A DNA stretch of 10,654 bases, from NCBI GenBank assembly GCA_044870765.1, contig JBIOZG010000009.1:1-10654 (forward strand), written 5' to 3'. The notes under the pieces were generated by a model. The model saw nothing but the letters and a program-made list of their open reading frames with translations, was not told where the DNA came from and did no database searches. Origin of the DNA: Nitrososphaeraceae archaeon (GTDB taxonomy: Archaea > Thermoproteota > Nitrososphaeria > Nitrososphaerales > Nitrososphaeraceae). Of the stretch, positions 7,613-10,654 are shown piece by piece (the first letter of the stretch is position 1; the number at the start of each line of letters is the position of its first letter). The translations under genes and the position numbers were made by a program.

Positions 7613-9389
7613 AGACCTTTACCTCCTCAATGTTACCTTTGAACGAATCGGATAACTGCTTGTCAATTTCTTCTAACTTTGAAACCTCCTCGTCTGTAAC
7701 TTCAAACTTTGCCTTTAATAGAGTGGTTATTATTGGTAGTGCTCTGATATCTGCTAAGGATTTTCCCTCCTTTAGAGCCTTTTGTGCTTCTTTGTAAAAC
7801 TTTACCATCAATCTAACCAATTTCAGTTGTTTTGCTGGACCACAATAAGTATCAACTTTATCAAAAGAGTTTTGTTGCAAGATTCCAATCTTTAGCATTC
7901 TGGCTACTTCAAGAACAAGTTTCTCCTCATCGGGAAGCGCCTCAGGTCCCAACAATCTAACAATTTCTTTTAGTGTATCTTCACGCTGCAATATATGATA
8001 GGATTCAGCTCTCAGATCATACCAGTCAGGACTTACGTTTTCTTTCCACCATTTAGATATATCTTCAAGATATCCAGAATAAGACTGCATCCAATTAATT
8101 GACGGATAGTGCCTCGAGTATGCTAATCTGGTATCTAGCGCCCAAAAAGTCTTGATGAATCTAATTGTGTGAGTTGTTACCGGTTCGGTAAAGTCTGCTC
8201 CAGATGGAGATACTGCACCAACCAATGTCACGGATCCGGAACGATCTGGTGAACCAAGTGCTCTGATTCGTCCTGCTCTTTCGTAAAATTCTGCGAGTCT
8301 TGAAGCCAAGTACGAAGGATAACCCTCTTCTGCTGGCATTTCTTCTAAACGACCTGACATTTCTCTGAGTGCCTCTGCCCATCTACTTGTAGAATCAGCC
8401 ACAAGAACTACGTCATAGCCCATGTCCCGATAATACTCTGCCATAGTAACACCAGTGTAGATTGATGCCTCTCTAGCGGCAACAGGCATGTTACTAGTAT
8501 TAGCGACAAGTACTGTTCTTTCCATCAATGGTCTCTGAGATCTGGGGTCAATTAAATGTGGAAATTCTACAAGAACTTCTGTCATTTCATTGCCTCGTTC
8601 TCCACAACCAATGTAGACTACAACCTTGGAATCTGCCCATTTAGCTATTTGATGTAGTGTGACAGTCTTGCCTGTGCCAAATCCGCCTGGAATAGCACCG
8701 GTTCCACCTTTTGCTATAGGGAAATAAGTGTCAATGATTCTCTGACCGGTAACCAGCGGTACTGTAGGATCATATCTTTCTGCATATGGACGTGGTTTCC
8801 TAACTGGCCATTTATGATACATCTTTAATTGAATTTTATCTCCGTTCTTGCTACTGGCCTGTCCAATGACATGCTCTAAATCATACTCTCCTTCCTTGAC
8901 AATATCAGAAATAGTCAACTCAGGATAATTTGGAGGAACCAATATTTTGTGAGTTAACAAAGGAGTTTCCTCTACTGTCCCAAGGACTGAACCCCCAAAA
9001 ATAGCATCATCTTTTTTTACTGAGGGATTAAATCTGTATTTATTTTTCATATCGACAGGGCTTGTCGTAATCCCTCTACCAATGAATGCTCCTGATTTTT
9101 CAGCAATCTCGTCCAACGGCCTTTGTATACCATCATAAATTCTTCCAATAATTCCTGGGCCCAGAAGTACGGAAAGTGGCTGACCCGTACCTATTACTTC
9201 TTCTCCCGGTTTAAGACCTGATGTTGATTCATAGACTTGAATAAACGCTACGTCTCCAGTTAATCTGATAACTTCTCCAATTAGTTTTGATTCACCAACT
9301 TCCACCGTCTCATACATTTTTGCAGATGACATTCCATCAGCCTTAACTGCTGGACCACTAACCCATACTATTTTTCCCTTTGCTACCAT
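7605..9389 (-). CDS. atpA: A/V-type ATP synthase subunit A (catalytic)
   Basis: 594 aa; Walker [31 protein letters not shown], Walker [31 protein letters not shown]. The ATG directly follows the atpE TAG, with SD-like GAGGGGAG upstream. Confidence 0.99.
   Translation of the reverse strand: MVAKGKIVWVSGPAVKADGMSSAKMYETVEVGESKLIGEVIRLTGDVAFIQVYESTSGLKPGEEVIGTGQPLSVLLGPGIIGRIYDGIQRPLDEIAEKSGAFIGRGITTSPVDMKNKYRFNPSVKKDDAIFGGSVLGTVEETPLLTHKILVPPNYPELTISDIVKEGEYDLEHVIGQASSKNGDKIQLKMYHKWPVRKPRPYAERYDPTVPLVTGQRIIDTYFPIAKGGTGAIPGGFGTGKTVTLHQIAKWADSKVVVYIGCGERGNEMTEVLVEFPHLIDPRSQRPLMERTVLVANTSNMPVAAREASIYTGVTMAEYYRDMGYDVVLVADSTSRWAEALREMSGRLEEMPAEEGYPSYLASRLAEFYERAGRIRALGSPDRSGSVTLVGAVSPSGADFTEPVTTHTIRFIKTFWALDTRLAYSRHYPSINWMQSYSGYLEDISKWWKENVSPDWYDLRAESYHILQREDTLKEIVRLLGPEALPDEEKLVLEVARMLKIGILQQNSFDKVDTYCGPAKQLKLVRLMVKFYKEAQKALKEGKSLADIRALPIITTLLKAKFEVTDEEVSKLEEIDKQLSDSFKGNIEEVKVSV
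7621..7628 (-). promoter_or_regulatory. Shine-Dalgarno sequence GAGGAGGT for atpB, within the 3' end of atpA
   Basis: Minus strand GAGGAGGT-AAAGGTCT-CTG; 8-nt spacer. Confidence 0.75.
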
Positions 9390-10001
9390 CTACTTGTTCT
9401 CCCCTCTAAGCAGTTGGACTATGTCTTTCCTTATTAAAGGTTTGAGGCTTTCAATATTAGAATCCAGGGTGTTATCCAATGTCATTGTTGCGTCCGCTGA
9501 AGTCGCTTTTATTCCACCGATTATATCTAAAAAATTGTCGGATACACTTACTTTCATGTTTTTGGTGGTTGATTCTTGTGAGGATATCTTCCTTACTAGC
9601 TTTTGGTCGGCTTTATTGCATTGTATGACAATTTCAGCACCTAACTTTGAAACACTGTCTTGTATCATCCTGGTCAGCAATTTTTCATAATTTTTTTCAT
9701 TATTACTCTGGGCAAGTTTTTCCTTTGCTTTAGTAAAAATTTCATCAATTGCCGATTCGATTATGATGAGCTCTTTGTTCCTGGCGTTAAGGGTGCTAGA
9801 TCCTATTATCTGTCGTTTTAAACTTTCAGCCTGTTTTTTTGAAGATTCAATAATAGCATCATATTCAACCTGTAGAGTGGTCTTGGAAGATTCTAAATTT
9901 TTTAATGAATTCTGAAGTGCAGAATCAATCTCAGAAATTAAAGCTGATTCTTTTTGTGAAAGAACTTTATCAATGGTTCTTTCTAAAGAATTTAAACTCA
10001 T
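9390..10001 (-). CDS. atpE: A/V-type ATP synthase subunit E (peripheral stalk)
   Basis: 203 aa; long N-terminal helix and C-terminal domain with IIGGIKATSADATMTLDNTLD; immediately upstream of atpA. Confidence 0.92.
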   Translation of the reverse strand: MSLNSLERTIDKVLSQKESALISEIDSALQNSLKNLESSKTTLQVEYDAIIESSKKQAESLKRQIIGSSTLNARNKELIIIESAIDEIFTKAKEKLAQSNNEKNYEKLLTRMIQDSVSKLGAEIVIQCNKADQKLVRKISSQESTTKNMKVSVSDNFLDIIGGIKATSADATMTLDNTLDSNIESLKPLIRKDIVQLLRGENK

Positions 10002-10026
10002 TCATTGACTTTTTCAGAACTACGTG

Positions 10027-10040
10027 ATTTTAATCTTTTG
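10027..10040 (-). promoter_or_regulatory. Putative BRE-TATA promoter of the atpEABD transcript
   Basis: Minus strand CAAAAGA-TTAAAAT; TTAAAA (10033-10028) is 27-32 nt upstream of ATG 10001; shares AAAGATT with the atpI promoter. Confidence 0.55.
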
Positions 10041-10054
10041 ATGGAATCCCAAGT

Positions 10055-10064
10055 AAAAGAAAAA
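10055..10064 (-). terminator. Possible oligo-T terminator of the CBS-domain gene
   Basis: Minus strand TTTTTCTTTT about 95 nt after the stop and just upstream of the putative atpE promoter. Confidence 0.3.
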
Positions 10065-10157
10065 TAATTTAGGTAGCTTGACTGAAATTCGGATAAACCA
10101 CTACTATGTCAATATCAGTTGGAATCATAATTCACTTCTGCGTTTGGTATGATGTAA

Positions 10158-10654
10158 CTATGAACCCCTGCATACTTCGCAGGTAAATGTTCCTTCAGAA
10201 TACATTAGCCCATCTGACCATTCTCCACATTCATCACAATATCCAGACACAGTAGATGCCGGTCTACCAATCTCCCCTCTAATCATGGCAGCCTTTTCTG
10301 ACACCACATCGACTAGTTCTGGAGTCACAGCGATAACATCGGAACTTGAAATTATTCCTGCTAATTTGTCTTTGTAAACAACGCCCAATCTTTTGATATT
10401 ATTTTTTCTTAATATCCGCGCTGCCTCAGTTATATCTTCTCCTGCTTCGACCGTGTGAATAGGTTGCATTACTTTTACTGCCGCAACAGAAGATGGTTCC
10501 AAATTGCTCCCCACAACCTTTGATACCACGTCCCAGTCAGTGACAATTCCAACGGGTTTTTCATTTTCAGTTATAATTACACTGCCAATAGTATGCTCTT
10601 TCATTTTCATTGCGATGTCAGCAATGTTATCGCTTGGAATAGCTGTGATTACGG
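10158..10654 (-). CDS. CBS-domain pair (Bateman module) protein with C-terminal Cys4 zinc ribbon; 5'-partial
   Basis: The frame stays open from ATG 10610 to the window edge (..VITAIPSDNIADIA-MKMKEH). CBS motifs IGSVII..KPVGIVTDWDV and IKRLGVV..KLAGIISSSDV; tail CDECGEW-x10-CEVC. Confidence 0.9.
   Translation of the reverse strand, partial: VITAIPSDNIADIAMKMKEHTIGSVIITENEKPVGIVTDWDVVSKVVGSNLEPSSVAAVKVMQPIHTVEAGEDITEAARILRKNNIKRLGVVYKDKLAGIISSSDVIAVTPELVDVVSEKAAMIRGEIGRPASTVSGYCDECGEWSDGLMYSEGTFTCEVCRGS

Noticed and set aside
7556-7621. atpB as an N-terminally truncated pseudogene, or an atpA-atpB frameshift fusion
   Set aside because: The conserved N-terminal residues are intact in frame, and an ideally spaced SD-CTG explains the junction more simply; no obvious slippery site.
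6258-8382. Short ORFs overlapping atpB and atpA (6258, 6646, 6846, 7218, 7449, 8161)
   Set aside because: Shadow frames of highly conserved genes with no independent support.
7605-9389. Possible intein in subunit A (a known insertion hotspot)
   Set aside because: Length is normal (594 aa) and the GKT and GCGERGNE regions are uninterrupted.
9394-9690. 98-aa plus-strand ORF
   Set aside because: Antisense shadow of atpE.
9970-10005. Out-of-frame ATG at 10005 just upstream of the atpE start (11-codon ORF)
   Set aside because: Likely at or upstream of the predicted transcription start; no evidence of use.
1-10654. CRISPR array, tRNA/rRNA genes, IS elements or prophage
   Set aside because: No spaced repeats, cloverleaf-like segments, transposase or integrase ORFs, or terminal inverted repeats were seen.

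Overview
AT-rich archaeal DNA carrying the A-type (A1Ao) ATP synthase locus of an ammonia-oxidising archaeon (Nitrososphaerota/Thaumarchaeota; a low-GC soil lineage such as Nitrosocosmicus is a guess). On the minus strand, in transcription order: a 5'-truncated CBS-pair protein with a C-terminal Cys4 zinc ribbon, atpE-atpA-atpB-atpD, a 48-aa helical ORF missing from the ORF track, atpK (subunit c) and atpI (subunit a). atpC is on the plus strand, convergent with atpI, and is preceded by two small paralogous two-helix membrane proteins. No subunit F or recognisable G/H gene is present. Main non-obvious signals: (1) atpB appears to start at a CTG codon (7612) behind a strong Shine-Dalgarno; (2) the 48-aa ORF between atpD and atpK may be a minimal peripheral-stalk (G/H-like) subunit; (3) subunit c has a signal-peptide-like extension, its own putative promoter and a downstream hairpin; (4) the duplicated small membrane proteins may be accessory or assembly factors. 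No mobile elements, CRISPR arrays or RNA genes were seen.
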